A stretch of DNA of 62,872 nucleotides, filler included. It is 15 parts of 15 records of this genome, joined end to end, with 100 filler letters (N's around TTAATTAATTAA, not from the genome) between each part and the next. Parts side by side here need not be neighbours in the genome. Positions count along the whole stretch, not along the records: positions 11,433 to 14,849 come from SRR7504441_21680; positions 14,950 to 18,337 come from SRR7504441_21695; positions 18,438 to 22,126 come from SRR7504441_21703; positions 22,227 to 26,263 come from SRR7504441_21704; 11 more parts are not named here. One strand, written 5' to 3'. Positions within the stretch are counted from its first letter, which is position 1; each line of letters begins with the position of its first letter. The position numbers were made by a program, and so were the translations under genes. A model generated the notes under the pieces. The model did no database searches and was not told where the DNA came from. It worked only from the letters and a program-made list of their open reading frames with translations. Below are positions 12,819 to 25,900 of this stretch, piece after piece.

Positions 12819-13844
12819 TCACGACATGGACATGTATGCGAAGTCGCTCTCATCACCTAGCCTCTGCTCCTTCAGCTTGCTCAGCGCCTCGTTGAGCTGC
12901 CACCAGAGAAACGCCACCGCGCCCAGGAGGAGCACCGCCGCCACCAGACAAACCACAAACCCGGCCAGCCAGCTGTCCGTCTCGCAGTCGTCATCGACCG
13001 ACCGGTGGTCAAAGTACCAGATCCGCCTGTTATTCAATGGCTGAATTGGTCGGAAGTTTAGCCCGATAGGGACCCAGCCAGACACGGCATCCGGCATCCG
13101 CAGGGACCTGATGGTCGCCAGCTGGTCACTCGACAGAGTCGGTTTCTGGGCGAGCACATGCCATAGCACAGACGCGTAGCACGGCGGCGTGGTCAGGCTG
13201 CCCTGGTAGAAATAGTAATTCAGTGATTCCGGGAGCAGCCCCGCTATATCCACAGCCTCGGTCAGCTGGGCCTGGGCGGTGCCATTGACGATCTCGGGCA
13301 CTCGGTCCAGCAGCTTCTGGAGCTCTGCGTTGTGCGCGCCCAGCTGGTACAGCGCCCCGATCACCACAAGCCCTCCGGTGGCGCTCAGCTGATCATCGGT
13401 CAGCTCGCTGGAGGCCGTCACCAGGTGAATCTCTAGCGGGGCGCTCGCTCCGTCTATGAAGTGCTCACTCCCGCTGGCGTCGTCCTGGCCCCAATGGAAA
13501 TGCAGCTGCAGCCCGTTGAATGGCACGGCCATCGTCGCCCCGCCGGTGACCACGGGGGGCGCGCTGGCGGGCATGGTCAGCTGGAGGGTGTGGCCGTTGT
13601 TGTGCAGGGTCAGCCCGGCTGGGAGCGCGGTCGAGCTCAGGGCCAGCGGCTCCATCCAGCTGGCGGCGGGCAGGCTGGAAGCGATATCCACCGGTGATTG
13701 GCTCTTGAAGCTAGGTCCGCACATCAGGTTGTCCGGGCTGAGCGTGTCCCATGCGGCCGGCCCAGTGGCCCCGGCGTAGCTCCACGAGGCCCCGCCCACC
13801 CGGCCGGCCAACCAGGCGAGCGCTGTCAGCGACGGGAGCTTCAT
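12819..13844 (-). CDS. Membrane-anchored alpha-carbonic anhydrase
   Basis: Signal peptide; WSYxG..GPxxW, QSPVDI, QLHFHWG, SEH, EIHLV (Zn His triad), YQGSLTTPPC, NFRPIQPLN; C-terminal TM helix. Confidence 0.95.
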   Translation of the reverse strand: MKLPSLTALAWLAGRVGGASWSYAGATGPAAWDTLSPDNLMCGPSFKSQSPVDIASSLPAASWMEPLALSSTALPAGLTLHNNGHTLQLTMPASAPPVVTGGATMAVPFNGLQLHFHWGQDDASGSEHFIDGASAPLEIHLVTASSELTDDQLSATGGLVVIGALYQLGAHNAELQKLLDRVPEIVNGTAQAQLTEAVDIAGLLPESLNYYFYQGSLTTPPCYASVLWHVLAQKPTLSSDQLATIRSLRMPDAVSGWVPIGLNFRPIQPLNNRRIWYFDHRSVDDDCETDSWLAGFVVCLVAAVLLLGAVAFLWWQLNEALSKLKEQRLGDESDFAYMSMS

Positions 13845-13967
13845 TGACAGCGTCGAGCGCGCGACCCTACGCTGAAATCAGCTGTCTAACGGTCCCGTCC
13901 CTGTTTCAGTTCGGATTTTTACATCCCAGCGCAGGGACATGGCGGCGGCGGAGGCCCAGTGCCAGCC

Positions 13968-14387
13968 ATGCAAAGGGTGGGTTCAGGGGGGCGGTCGGGG
14001 CTGGGGCTGACTTCGGGGCAGGCCCGAGTTCAACATCGAGCCGTCCGCCCAGAACCCGCGCGGGGCGCCGTTCGTGCTGTCAAATTAAAGGTTCAGGTGG
14101 TGGCCACCTGGAAGCAAGGCGGCGAAGTCCGGTGCCCGATGTGCAGCAACGACCTTACCGAGCCGAGCATGAACTTCGAGGCTGCCAACCCCGACGAGCG
14201 TACGTACGCCGGCGTGTGCGTCGCCTGGGGCCACTGCGGGCACAAGTTCCATCACGACTGCATCCAGGCCGTCATCATGCAAGGCCGGACCGGCTGCCCT
14301 TCTCGCACGGGGGGCCTACCGTGGGAGCTCGAGAAGGTCGAGGCCATCCCGGGCGCCTCAAACTACTGGGACGGCGAAGCAGCTTGA
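13968..14387 (+). CDS. Rbx1/APC11-like RING-H2 protein (start uncertain; upstream ATG at 13939)
   Basis: VATW..CPMC..VAWGHCGHKFHHDCI..CP..WELEK. Confidence 0.75.
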   Translation: MQRVGSGGRSGLGLTSGQARVQHRAVRPEPARGAVRAVKLKVQVVATWKQGGEVRCPMCSNDLTEPSMNFEAANPDERTYAGVCVAWGHCGHKFHHDCIQAVIMQGRTGCPSRTGGLPWELEKVEAIPGASNYWDGEAA

Positions 14388-14949
14388 GCAGGAGGTCGCG
14401 CAGGGCGGCCGGGCGGCGTTAGGGCGGCGTGGTCCTCAGCTGCCGTTCCCTACCGTTCCCGCGATTCAGGGGCGACCTCGAATGAAGTTGACGTCACGCG
14501 GAGGCAGAGGCGACGCCTTCGTTGGCTGACCCTGTCGTGAACACGCACTGCTTTAGTAGTAGCGGACGCCCTTAGGACGTCGATGTGCCGAACACGGTTC
14601 AATTCCATAATATTTAATGTTAGATGACAAAGAATACCGGTAGACTCTACATGCACTGTACTACAGGATCACGTACAGCAAGTACAGCTACAGTAGCCGT
14701 ACTGCTCAATCGACTGAACTCCGTCAGGACTCAGGAGTGGTGCGGTGGTGTTAAATAAAGTAAATAATTAACTGTTTACAGTACGTATACACCAACTGGA
14801 TTGTTGAAATGGCCGGGCGCTCTGCCCTTGCTGCCGATGCTCCGCACGTNNNNNNNNNNNNNNNNNNNNNNNNNNNNNNNNNNNNNNNNNNNNTTAATTA
14901 ATTAANNNNNNNNNNNNNNNNNNNNNNNNNNNNNNNNNNNNNNNNNNNN

Positions 14950-17535
14950 GAAGAAGGCTGCAGAGGAGGCAGCAGCGGCGGAAAGGGCTGCCAAAGATCA
15001 AGCGGCTCTGTTCAGTTTGCGCCTGGAGAAGGGGAAAGACGAGATTCAAAGCTTGAACAGGAAGCTGAACGAGGCCCAGAATCAGATCTTGCAGAAGGTG
15101 GGCGACAAGAAGCGCAAGAAGCAGCTGATGCGCCAGAGCAACCAGCTGAACGAAAAGATCGACCTCGCCACAGCCCAGGTCAGTGACCGCCTGCCCGTGC
15201 TCTGACCGGCCGCAGCTCAAGACAGCCAATGACAACCAGCAGCTCGACCTGTGGTTTGCCAACCAAGAAGAGCTCAAGCTGCTGACAGAGCAAATCAGGG
15301 CGCAAGTGCATGGCCAATCCAGGTGCCCGGATGTTGGGCTAGTCGTCAAGCCTGTGGGCAGTCCCGCCGAGCTGGCGCCAGTCGCACAGCAACCGCAGCT
15401 GGATGCAGCAGCACCGTCTCAGGTGATCAAACGTTGCTCAGGCCGAGGATGAGCCAGAATTACAGGTGGAGCCAGCGCAAGCAGCTGCACTTGCAGTAGA
15501 GCAGCCAGCCCCGGTGCTTGAACGGCAGACTCAAGCTCCTGCTGACCCGAAGCAGAAGGTGTGGCCCGACTGGCTGAGCTTGATCCGTGACAGGTCAAAC
15601 TGAACATCCGGGCCATGGGCAAGAGCACCCCAGCGCGGATGCCCTACGACTTCAAGCTTTCCAAGGTGGTTACCAAGATGCTCAAGGGCCAAAGTCCGGA
15701 GGGCAAAGTGCTGGTGGCTATTCGAACTGGCGGCAAGCACCCGCTGGATGGTCAGCTTGGCGTCTTCCAGGGCGATTTGCTCGAATGGCGGATATGGGAG
15801 GCTGGTCTCATCGAGGGCGATATTTTGCACTTGACAGATCCGTTGCCTGCGCACTGGCACCTGTGTGAGGACGATGAAGCCCAGGTCGGGCCACAATTCC
15901 TGACGTTGTGATGTGTGGAGTCAGGTTTACTACTACAACAGCCAGAATGGCCAAAGATCAGAGGACTTCCCGTCGGCCCAGCTGGACGCTCAGCTCAGTG
16001 CTTCGGAATCGAGCCCAATTAACCAGCCCGTCGAGAGTGATCACCACGGCCAGCTGCCTGCTGGGTGGCACTTTGCAGAGCACGACGAGGAGGGCAACCT
16101 GCTACCCGAGCCATATTACTGGTGCTCCTAGAGCCGACGTTTGCTGAGCACCAGGTGACAGGGAAGAGAGCACCAACAAGACTCAGTGGGAGCGCCCTGG
16201 AGAGCCAGCTTCAGATATTACTCCAGTCGACCCGCAATCGGCGACTCAACAGGTGGCCAGCAGCCTAAAGCGGAGCTGACTAGTCTCAATGCAGCTCGGA
16301 GCCAAGTTCTCCCGATCACGGACCCCTGACCAGGACACAGAATCGTCGACCAACTTTGATGGCGACTCCGGGCTGCCGATTGACGAGCCGCACGCTGAAG
16401 AGGAGTACACGGACGAGATGGAAGAAGAGTGGCGCAGCTTCCCTTCGCAGGTCAACAAAGTGCAACAGTCGCTCTGGGCCGTGTACTCAGGCAGTCGCTT
16501 GGGCTCAAGCCGAGCTGATCAGACTGGCAGGCTCAAAACAGCCAGATGGAACTGTGACTACAGGCGCAGTGGTCAAGCTTTACTCCGGGCTCTACCAGGA
16601 GCTTGGGCATCAGCTTAGCCAGTCGCAGGTGCCCAGGGTGGTCTCGGTAGGCTGACCAGACTCTGACAGGCTGACCAGCTAGAGCAGTGGCTGGCCACGC
16701 AGTATCCCCAAGGGTTCTCATCGGATGACTTCATGAGCTACTTCAGCAGGTTGCCAGCACGTGACAGCGTACTGACCGGCCGCTGCAGCCAGGATGAATT
16801 CGTGCCTAAGCACGCCCAGATCATGAAGCAGCTGGTGGAGCAACAGGCTGCAGACAGCTCCACAGCCCCTGTGCCGGAGCAGGGTGCTACACTGTCGCTC
16901 AATCACGACAGCCTGATCACAGATGAAGACTTCCAAGCAACTGTGGATGCTGTATCCGGTCTAGGCCAGGTGCTTCCACAGCCTCCGGCAGGCTCACTCT
17001 GAGCCAGGTGGATAGCCCGTCCAACCGGCAGCCCAGAACAGAGCTTGGTGACTGGGACACTCCAGAAAATCCCGAGCCGCAGCATGACGATGACTGGGAT
17101 ACTCCAGAGGATGAAGACCAGCACGAACTTAAACCACAGCCCAGACAAGAATACGGAGACTGGGACAACGAGTCGCCCGAGCCTTCTCCAACAAATGCTG
17201 CGGCGCAATCTAACCAAACACAGGCTCTCCCAGACTGGGCGCAAGGTGCATTCGATCAGAACCCGATACGCAAGCCTGAACCTAAGTCTGAACCAGTTGG
17301 GATGGAACCGCAACTTAACCAGCAGGAGGTCAGAGCTACACAGTCAAACACGACCCTGGATAACGAGGAAGACTCGCTGTCGAGCTTTAATAATACGATG
17401 GGAGTGAGCTCATCAGTCCAGCCACAGACAGTGCCAAGCGTTGCAGCACCATTTGAGACGAGCGCGTACTCAAATGACGAGGACGACGACCTCGCAGCCA
17501 TGGACGAGATTCTCGGCACCGACTTTACAATTTGA
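14950..17535 (+). CDS. 5'-partial multi-exon protein: coiled coil, possible ubiquitin-like segment, two WW domains, acidic DW-repeat tail
   Basis: Spliced WW1 LPAHWHLCEDDEAQ|VYYYNSQNGQRSEDFP; WW2 LPAGWHF..YYW|EESTNKTQWERP; tail GDWDTP/DDWDTP/GDWDNE. Confidence 0.65.
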
Positions 17536-17809
17536 TTCTGCTATTTCGATTGTACAATCAAAATTGATAGTCTCAGTTTACGCGAGCACTTGGTACGGAG
17601 GTTATGATTGTACAATGTTAAGAAGGCGCCCTAACACTAGCTAGAAAAATTAATCGAAAATGATCGAATCATAATCTTAAAACATCTTCATAAGTTCATA
17701 AGGCGCGATACCTCCGCCTCTAGATGCTCATATACGTCAGTTATTTTAATGGCTGTTAATATGTACATACGTCGACAGCTAGATGAAACCTAAGTTAAGT
17801 TAACACGAT

Positions 17810-18337
17810 TCAATACGACCGTGAAGGTTTCTTGGGGGTGCGAACTCGCTCCCGAGAGTGCGCCTTCACCGAGGTGTTCAAGACATGGTCCCGAAACTTA
17901 GAGGGCTTCCTGAGGGCTTTCGCACCTGCTCGCGAGGCGCACAAGCAAAACTGCTTGCCATTGCTCCAGCACTTTGGGCAGTAACTTCCATGGCACTTTG
18001 GGCAAGACAGGGACTTGTTCCAGCCCCTATAGTCCTCCAAGACGAGTCGTATTTGGGGCCGGCTCGAGTATGCCTTTCCCCACACCTTGTCCCACACCTT
18101 GCAATAAGAACCTACACAAGAAGGTGGGTTAGTACATGTGCATAGCAAACTGCACGGAGTACCGTCGCTCTGTGCCCGTGACACCGTTGTCGGCTGCACT
18201 GTGTTCGACAAGGACACAATGACGTCTCGAGAGACGTCGCCGGTGACAGCCGCGCTCCGGGCAAGGGTGCGCCTCCCTGAGTAGTTCCAAGGCTGTACCA
18301 AGGCTGTGGGGACTACCAATGGCACCATCCGGCCAAG
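17810..18337 (-). CDS. 3' part of a Cys-rich hypothetical protein
   Basis: ORF from contig edge with CPKC..CPKC..CLC cluster and basic tail. Confidence 0.4.
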   Translation of the reverse strand, partial: LGRMVPLVVPTALVQPWNYSGRRTLARSAAVTGDVSRDVIVSLSNTVQPTTVSRAQSDGTPCSLLCTCTNPPSCVGSYCKVWDKVWGKAYSSRPQIRLVLEDYRGWNKSLSCPKCHGSYCPKCWSNGKQFCLCASRAGAKALRKPSKFRDHVLNTSVKAHSRERVRTPKKPSRSY

Positions 18338-18437
18338 NNNNNNNNNNNNNNNNNNNNNNNNNNNNNNNNNNNNNNNNNNNNTTAATTAATTAANNNNNNN
18401 NNNNNNNNNNNNNNNNNNNNNNNNNNNNNNNNNNNNN

Positions 18438-21400
18438 CATCGACGGTCAAATTGGTGCTCAGAGCATGTCGAGCACCTGGTCCCACAAACTCGACCGATG
18501 CCACCTCGTCCAGTGCTGCTGCCGCAAGCGCCTGCCACCAACCAAAGGCTCAGGATGCGGTGCCAGCCAGGCGAGCACCTGTGAGACCGGCGAAAATGCC
18601 CAGAAAGTGTCAGGCGCCCGATATACCCGGGTCAGGCTGATGGCTGGGGCCACTTGGCGGACAGCTCGGCGCACTGTCGTGGTGGCCTGCTGAGACAACC
18701 GAACAGCGAACAGCTGTGCTTCGTCCGAGCCATCCGATGCTTGTCTGAACTGTTCGTCATGCATGAAATAAGCAGCTTCGGGTACTTGTGGTGCCTCCTT
18801 ATCCGACTGAGATCTGTTTGATGGCTCGTTGCGCTTACCCATCTCTATCTCAAAGCGCGTCCCTGACTCCTCCTCTGCCTGCTGGGCCTCTGGCGCGCCT
18901 CGGCGCGAGGCTAAGAGTGAGTCGTCTGTGCGGCGAGAGCCACGGACAGAGCCGTCTTGGAACATCCAGTTGACGCAAGCATCCGTGGTCCTATCGTGAT
19001 AGTAGCCGCGCTTACAGCTTCGGATCAGACACATTGACCATGTTCCATTGACGCAGTGGGCCGCAGAGACGGCCCCGAGCCCATTCTCGTACCCGTAGAT
19101 GTCGCACGGCCGCACCAACCCTGGAACACACAGCTGGCATTTGTGCTCACCCGAGTCTTGGGTGTACTGCACGTCACGGCCTGTGATCACGAGCGAGTAT
19201 GGCTGCGGTCCATGGACCACTCTAGAGGCCCTCACCACCACTAGTGCTCGAGCCATCGCCGGAACGCCACTGGGCATTAGCCACTCTTTCGATACTGTCA
19301 CTTGCTCCACGTTGTTGAGAGTATCCCGCATTGGCTCGAGTCGGCCGCCTTCCCCAACCCGCGCCACAGCCCCGTTCCCAAGGAACCAGCTGCCTGCGGC
19401 TACCACCTCGAGATCTAAGTCGTTGACTAGTGCGCTCTGGGCACTTGGTAAGCCAGGAAAGTCGGTCCAAACCAGCGTGACCTTGAGCTCTTCCTCGATG
19501 CTGCCTATCCCTACACAGTAAGCGTGAGCCTCGCCCGTCGAGAGTGCAGGCGGCTCCGAGGCCTGCTCCGACGGCTCCAAGCAATACCACGACTCGGGCA
19601 ACGAAGATGTCGCTGCCCGATGGCCCACCAGCCCGCCGGCGCAGGTGTGATTGCCATGGTACCTGTCCACCGTCTCCACTTGGTAGTACCGATGCCGTCC
19701 GATCCGCTCACCCGCGAGCAGCACGTCCTGCGGGTCTGTCGGCTTCTCTCGGAACTTGAGCGCCTTGTCGCCTTGGACCCGGCCAAAGCCAGAGTATCTG
19801 GACGGCTCGTGCACGCGCCTGGTCGCGGATAGGTTGCCCAAGTGCGCCCAGGCGCTGTGCCCGTTTAGGTCGACTAGCCCGGTGAGCGCAACCCCGCTGT
19901 GCACGACAAATGCCTTGATCAAGGCGGCGGTGGGCGTGATGGCGTCCATCGCGACGTGCTGGCCTCGAGGGTAGTAGCCCTCAATCAGATACTGCCGGAC
20001 CATCAATGCAATTGATGCGGCCACTGTGGCCCCCATCGAGGCCCCGCCGCTCTCCTGCGTCACCTCCTGCTCGGGAGTCCGACCGAAGCAGAACTGCTGC
20101 AGCTCACGATACCAATTGAAGTCGTCAGTGTCTGGGCTCCGGGATGGGCTGTGATCGGCCTTCAGACTCACCACCTGCTCGCCCACCGCCACCACATCCG
20201 GCTTGATCCTGCCGTCCACAGTCGGGCCTCGCCCGCTGCAGCTCATCAAGTTGGTGCCCGACCGGGTGCTCTTGCCGTCCCAAAACACTTGCTCCATGCT
20301 CGCCTCATACAAGTCCGGCGAGCAGCACTCCGCAGCATTCCCCAACTCGCTCTCGCAGCAATTCTCGCTCGATTCGGTGTACCGCTGCGGCCGGAACTGC
20401 TTGGCCCGGGTGCAGCTCTCGCCGGTGCAGTTAGCACAGAACTGGCAGTAGTGCTCAATCAAGCGCTCCCGGGCCGTCCAGCCGGCTTGCTCCAGGCTCC
20501 ACAGCTCCTTGTTGTCCATCATGACCGAATGCTGGTTGCCTGTCCGCCCCATCGGCCAGCCCAGCACGAGCGGTCACCGCTGGCGCCTACCACCAGAGCG
20601 TTCTTGGTGGTGGCACTCGGGGCGAGCGAGGCCAGCCCGCGCTCGCCCCGCTCTCCCGCGGAGATCACCACCAGCATATCACTGTGCTCCCACGTGTACT
20701 GGTCCACTTCCATCGCGTGGCTGTTGTACGTAGCCGCCGGGCCTGTCCTTGGCTCGGCCGGCCCAGTCAGCCGCGCACCCGAATCGCCAAACGGCATCAG
20801 CACCACCCTGGCGCCGCCATCAAAAGCCACACCGAGCAGCCCAGTCCAGTCGTCAGGCGCGTGAATCCGCACCGGCCCGACCGGTTCAGGCGGGCAGCTG
20901 CCGCCGGGCTGCTCGAGGCAGTCGCAGTCGGGGCAGGTGCACGGCTGCTCTCCGGTGCAGCCGAGGTCTAAAACCAGCACCTTGGCCTCAAAGCTGTTCC
21001 CGTCGTACTTGCGCCAGCTTAGTGCAGCCGTCGGCATCGACTGGCCGACTGCGGTGCCGATCATGCTGGTGCCGTGCCCGAGGTAACTGTCCGACCGGTC
21101 CATGTATGAGTAGTAGCCCGCTATCTGTCCCGCCCTTAGCTCACCCGCAGTCCGCCGGGCACCTTCCGGTGCTTGCTGTTCAGCGAAATCGCATCGTCCC
21201 GCGCCTCAAAGTAGGGCACCGGCTGCGAGTCGGCCACGTAGCAGTTGAACACGTCCAGCCCGGTGTCAGCGACTGCCAGAATCTGCCCCCCGCTCAGGCC
21301 GCTGAACAGAGCCAGCTCACTTGGCCAGCCCCGGTCAGTCCGTAGTCCCACAAGGGGGTCTCGGGGTAGGCGAAGCTCTGGGCCAGCCAGCGCACGTTCT

Positions 21401-22109
21401 TGTTGTGTGGCCGGGTGCGGTGCCTTCTCTCGAGCCAGATCATCTCCGGCCGGGCAGCCAGCCAGCCGATTGCGTGCGACAGCCCGGCGCACCGGACCCG
21501 GACCACGATCTTGTTCCGAGAGCCCCACCGGAGCTGGGCCTGGCTCTGCCGCTCCCACTGGTCCAGACTCGCGTTGTGCCGGCCGAGCAGTCCGTACAGC
21601 GTGCGGTGGCCTGTCGGGTCGGCGCACGGCTCAAGCGCGTCCGCTGAAATCTTGTGCCTGGGCCCAGTGAGCGACCGGCGGGCACGAGCCAGCACCGCGG
21701 CTTGTAGGCCCCGATCCAGCCCACCAGCGGGTGCTGCAGTGCCCGCAACGCCGCCGCGTGGCTGGCCTGAGCCAGCATGGTCTCCCTGCTGAGCCTCCCG
21801 CCGACAGACAGCTGCTAGAACCTCAGTCACCGGCCGGCCTAGCCTCTACCTCAGGCAGGTGGTAACGGAGCGATGCCAGCCCGGCGTCGACCGGTCCGCG
21901 CAGCGCCAGAATGAAGTGGTGCTCCATCCCGGGCGGGTGGGCTCGCACCACCTGCGCCCCACGCTCAAGCCGGAGGCGGACCGGGCCGCCTGGGCGTGGT
22001 CCGGGTCCTCGAAGAACGGCACGCCCTGGAGGGTCGGCAGCTGCCTCTGCCCTACGGCCAGCGCCACCCACCAGCACCACCCCAGAACACTGCCCGGTCT
22101 TGCCACCAT
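18438..22109 (-). CDS. Secreted subtilisin-like S8 serine protease (KP-43/TagC-like), 3'-truncated
   Basis: Signal peptide and prodomain; VADTGLD (Asp), GHGTS (His), SGRGPTVDGRIKPDVVAVG, GASMGAT (Ser); C-domain LKVTLVWTD..VNDLDL..NNVEQV. Frame continues by splicing to the contig edge. Confidence 0.9.
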
Positions 22110-22529
22110 GGAAGTGCGTCTTCTTTNNNNNNNNNNNNNNNNNNNNNNNNNNNNNNNNNNNNNNNNNNNNTTAATTAATTAANNNNNNNNNNNNNNNNNN
22201 NNNNNNNNNNNNNNNNNNNNNNNNNNTATAGTGGGTCAGTAATTTTAATACAAATAGTTGTGAGTGTGTGGTCCAGCCCCGCTAGGTCCCTCGAGCGCCG
22301 CCCCCCCCCAAGGAGGACCGGCGCCCGGAGCTTGGCTGCAACAGTGTTCTACGCTTATCTCTGGATGTGCAGGGCAGGCCGATGGTCTCTGGCCGCCCGA
22401 ACTCCAACCCGGTGCGGATGCCCCTGAATCCGGCCTCCGCCCCCGTCCCTTCCCCTCGCCGCGTCGGGCTAACTGCCATGGCTTGTCCAAGCCAAGAGAT
22501 GTTGGCAGACCGGCACGGCGCCGGAGTGC

Positions 22530-22772
22530 TCATATCCAGTAGGCGAGCTCCGGATCCGAGCGCGGGGACGGCGGTTTGATCCCGAGCTGGTGGTGCTGGC
22601 AGCCGTGGCCGCACATGCAGGTGAGGTTGAGCTCCGATTTCATCTGGCACGAGACGTAGCCCGGGGCCTTCTTGGCCCGGACCATCGCCTGCGCCTTAGA
22701 CACGAAGTCTCGGCACTTACACCCCGCCACCTGGCACCCGCCCCGCGGCTTGCCGAATACATCCTTGCCCAT
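22530..22772 (-). CDS. Small Cys/His-rich putative zinc-binding protein
   Basis: MGKDVFGKPRGGCQVAGCKCRDF...CMCGHGCQHH; divergent from the gene at 22955. Confidence 0.5.
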   Translation of the reverse strand: MGKDVFGKPRGGCQVAGCKCRDFVSKAQAMVRAKKAPGYVSCQMKSELNLTCMCGHGCQHHQLGIKPPSPRSDPELAYWI

Positions 22773-22954
22773 TCCCCCGCCCCCCACAACCCGAGGGATG
22801 ACCCCACCCTCGCTTTCTGGTCTCCTTCCAACTTTGCTCGCTCAACTGCCCCTGAGTTCTTCCGTTGATCCGCAACGGAAGGATCTGCTGTGTCTGGTGA
22901 GGAGCTGAACCGCGGCAGTGGCTTGGGGCAGGTCGAGGACCCCAGGAACGCGAG

Positions 22955-25900
22955 ATGGAGCCGCACCCTCTGAGCCGTAGCGACTCGTTCGAGGAGCGGG
23001 TGCTGGCGGTGTGCGCCGAGGCCGAGGGGCCGGAGGAGCTGCTCGCCGCCACGATCGACCAAGCCTCGCTGTTCAGCGTGTGCCTGGCCCGGTCGCCGGC
23101 CCTGCTGCTCCAGCTGCTCCGTCGCGGGGTCGACCCCAACCACCCGCAAGCCGGGTTCCCGCTGCACGCCGCGGTGGCCCAGGTGCTCGGCCTGGCCGAT
23201 TCGACCGGTGGGCTGGCCCCAGCTCGACGTTCGCTCAAGCACTCGGTCGGCCGCGGGGGCGACGGGCTGGTGCGGACGCTGCTGAGCTTCGGGGCGGATC
23301 CAAACCTCAGCGACGGGAACGCCACCCCTGTCGAGCTGGTGGCCGGCCGGCTGCGCGAAGAGATGGGCAAGGCGGAGCTGGCCGGGCTGGGCGAGCTGGT
23401 CCCGCTAGGCTGCCAGGGGCTGCCCGAGAGCCCGCTGCGCCAGGCGTGGGAGCTGCTCAAGCTGTTCGCTCAGAACGGCGGCCGGATGCCGACCGAGGAC
23501 TGGGAGCAGGCAATGGCGCCGGTGCTGGCTCTGGCGGCAGAGGAGCACCAAATGTTCCTGGCGGCGGCAGAGACTGGGGACGTGGAGGCGGTGGTGCGCG
23601 CGGTGCGGACCGGCGGGATCCTGGTCAACTACGCCGATCCGGACGGGCACACGGCACTCTGGTTCGGGGTGGCGCGCCGGCAGTTGGGCGTGGTGCGAGC
23701 ACTGCTCGAGATGGGCGCACACACCGCAGTCCAAGTGAAGCACGGCAACCGGTTCAGTCCGATCCACGCCGTGTGCGCCGCGCTCCCCCCGGATTTCGAC
23801 GAGCTGGCGCTGACTGTCGAAATGCTCGAGCTGCTGCTGAGTGAGGGTGGTTACCTGGAGAGTGAAGACAGCCAAGGCCAGACCGCGCTTCAGCTGGCGG
23901 GCAAGGCCGGGCTATTGGCTGGGTGCGAGCTGCTGCTCAGGGCGGGGGCCCGGTGCGATTGGACCCAGGAGCCGATGTGCGGGCTGACCCGGGAGCAGAC
24001 CACGCAGGCGCTGGTAGAGCACAGGCAGCAGCTAAAGCAGCACGAGCAGCAAGTCAAGGAAGAGAACGAGCGGGCCGCTCGCGAGAAGCAGCTAGCCTGG
24101 GACCTGGAGCTGTGCAGGAACGAGCTGGTCGGGATGGGCTACGGCCAGGGGATGGCCAAGCGGGCGGTCGAGGCGGTTGGCAAGTCGGACGTTGCCGAGT
24201 GCATTGAGTGGATCAGCGCTCGGCAGGCCAAAGAGGAGCAAGAGCGCAGGGCCAGGCAGGCGCGCGAGCTGGAGGAGCAGCGGGCCCGGCAGGAGGCCGA
24301 GCAGCGCGAGGAAGAGGAGATGCTGGCGAACGAGCAGCCGGCGGACGAGTTTGACGAGGATGACGAAGACGACCGGGAGGGATGGTGGTCGGACGAGGAG
24401 GACGAGGAGGATGGGCAGGACTTTTGGGATAACGCGGACGAGCCGACTGGGGAGCAGCCCAAACTGCTCCGGTACAAGAGCTTCCTGCAGCATCCGATCA
24501 GCGAGATTCCGAACAAGCGGCGCGAGATGGTGCTGGACACTAAGAAGGTGCTCTGCGTCTCGACCACGGTGGCAGCAAACCTGCTCTCAGACTACAGATG
24601 GAACAAGCAGACGCTCACACGGGACTGGTTCGCGGAGGGCAAGGGCAAGGACAAGATCCTGGCGCAGTGCGGCCTGTCAGACGTGGAGGTTGCCCCCCCC
24701 CCTGGGGCAGCCTGAGCCGGTGGGCAGATGGTAGAGCTCGCGCTGCCTGAGGGCGTGACCGAGTGCGAGATCATGTGCTCGGCCCAGTGCACCGAGCTCT
24801 CGTACGACGAGGCCCAGTACGAGGCTTTCCTCAAGGACCCGTCGGCCGAGCTGATCCACATCCCTTGTGGGCACACCGGCTGCCGGGCCTGCTGGGCCGA
24901 GTGCCTCACAAACGCCATAGAGAACGGGAACGTGACCGAGCTCCGCTGCCCCAACTGCCTGTGTGAGTCTGCGAGCGACTCTTCGATCCTGCCGCCGTCG
25001 GTGTCGGAGGAGATGATCGAGCAGCTGGTGGCGGCGCCGGTTTACGCAAAGTTTGAGCGGTTCCTGGTCAAGAGCTTCGTGGACACTCACGAGCGCGACG
25101 GGATCTACAAGTGGTGCCCGCACCCGGACTGCCAGTTTGTGGTCGACGGCTCGCAGAGCCGGAGCATCCGAATGGCCAGCCGGGAGGGGAACAGCTTGCG
25201 GGTCGAGTGCGGGGACGGGCACCAGTTCTGCTGGTGGTGCGCACGCGAGCCTCACGCGCCAGTGTCTTGCAAGAACGTAAAAGACTGGGAGAACCGGGCG
25301 GCCGACGAGGACGGGAACGCCACCAACAAGTGGATCCTGCTCAACACTAAGGAGTGCCCCAACCCCAAGTGCGACAACAGGATCGAGAAGAACCACGGCT
25401 GCGACCACATGGTCTGCGGCAAGCACGCGCACGGTGCCAAGCTGCCCGCTCGCGCACTCACGCACGGCAGGCGGCAAGATTGGATCTGTCGGGTGTGGTT
25501 ATTCGTTCTGCTGGGTGTGCGAGCGACCTTACGACAACCACGACTATCAGAGCTGCCAGCGGATAGGTCAGGAGATCAAAGAGCGGACGCTGATGGAGAA
25601 AACCTCCACCGGGAAAGAACTGGCCAGGCAGGCGGCCGGATTGGGCCGGAATGAGGCTCGGCCAGGTACTTGGCCGTGTGGGACGCTTTCAACGACCAGC
25701 GCAACGGCATCAAGTGGATGGAGAATAAGCGAGAGGAATATGAGGCGAAAATCCGTGTGATTGAGAAGGAGTCGATCGATGCCGATGCCTTCAACATCTG
25801 CGAAGCGATCAGGGAGGCCCAGCAGACTGTCATCTCCGGCCGGCTTTCGCTCAAGTGGTGCGAGGTGCGTCCATCCCGAGGGCAGGCTGACCGGGCGCAG

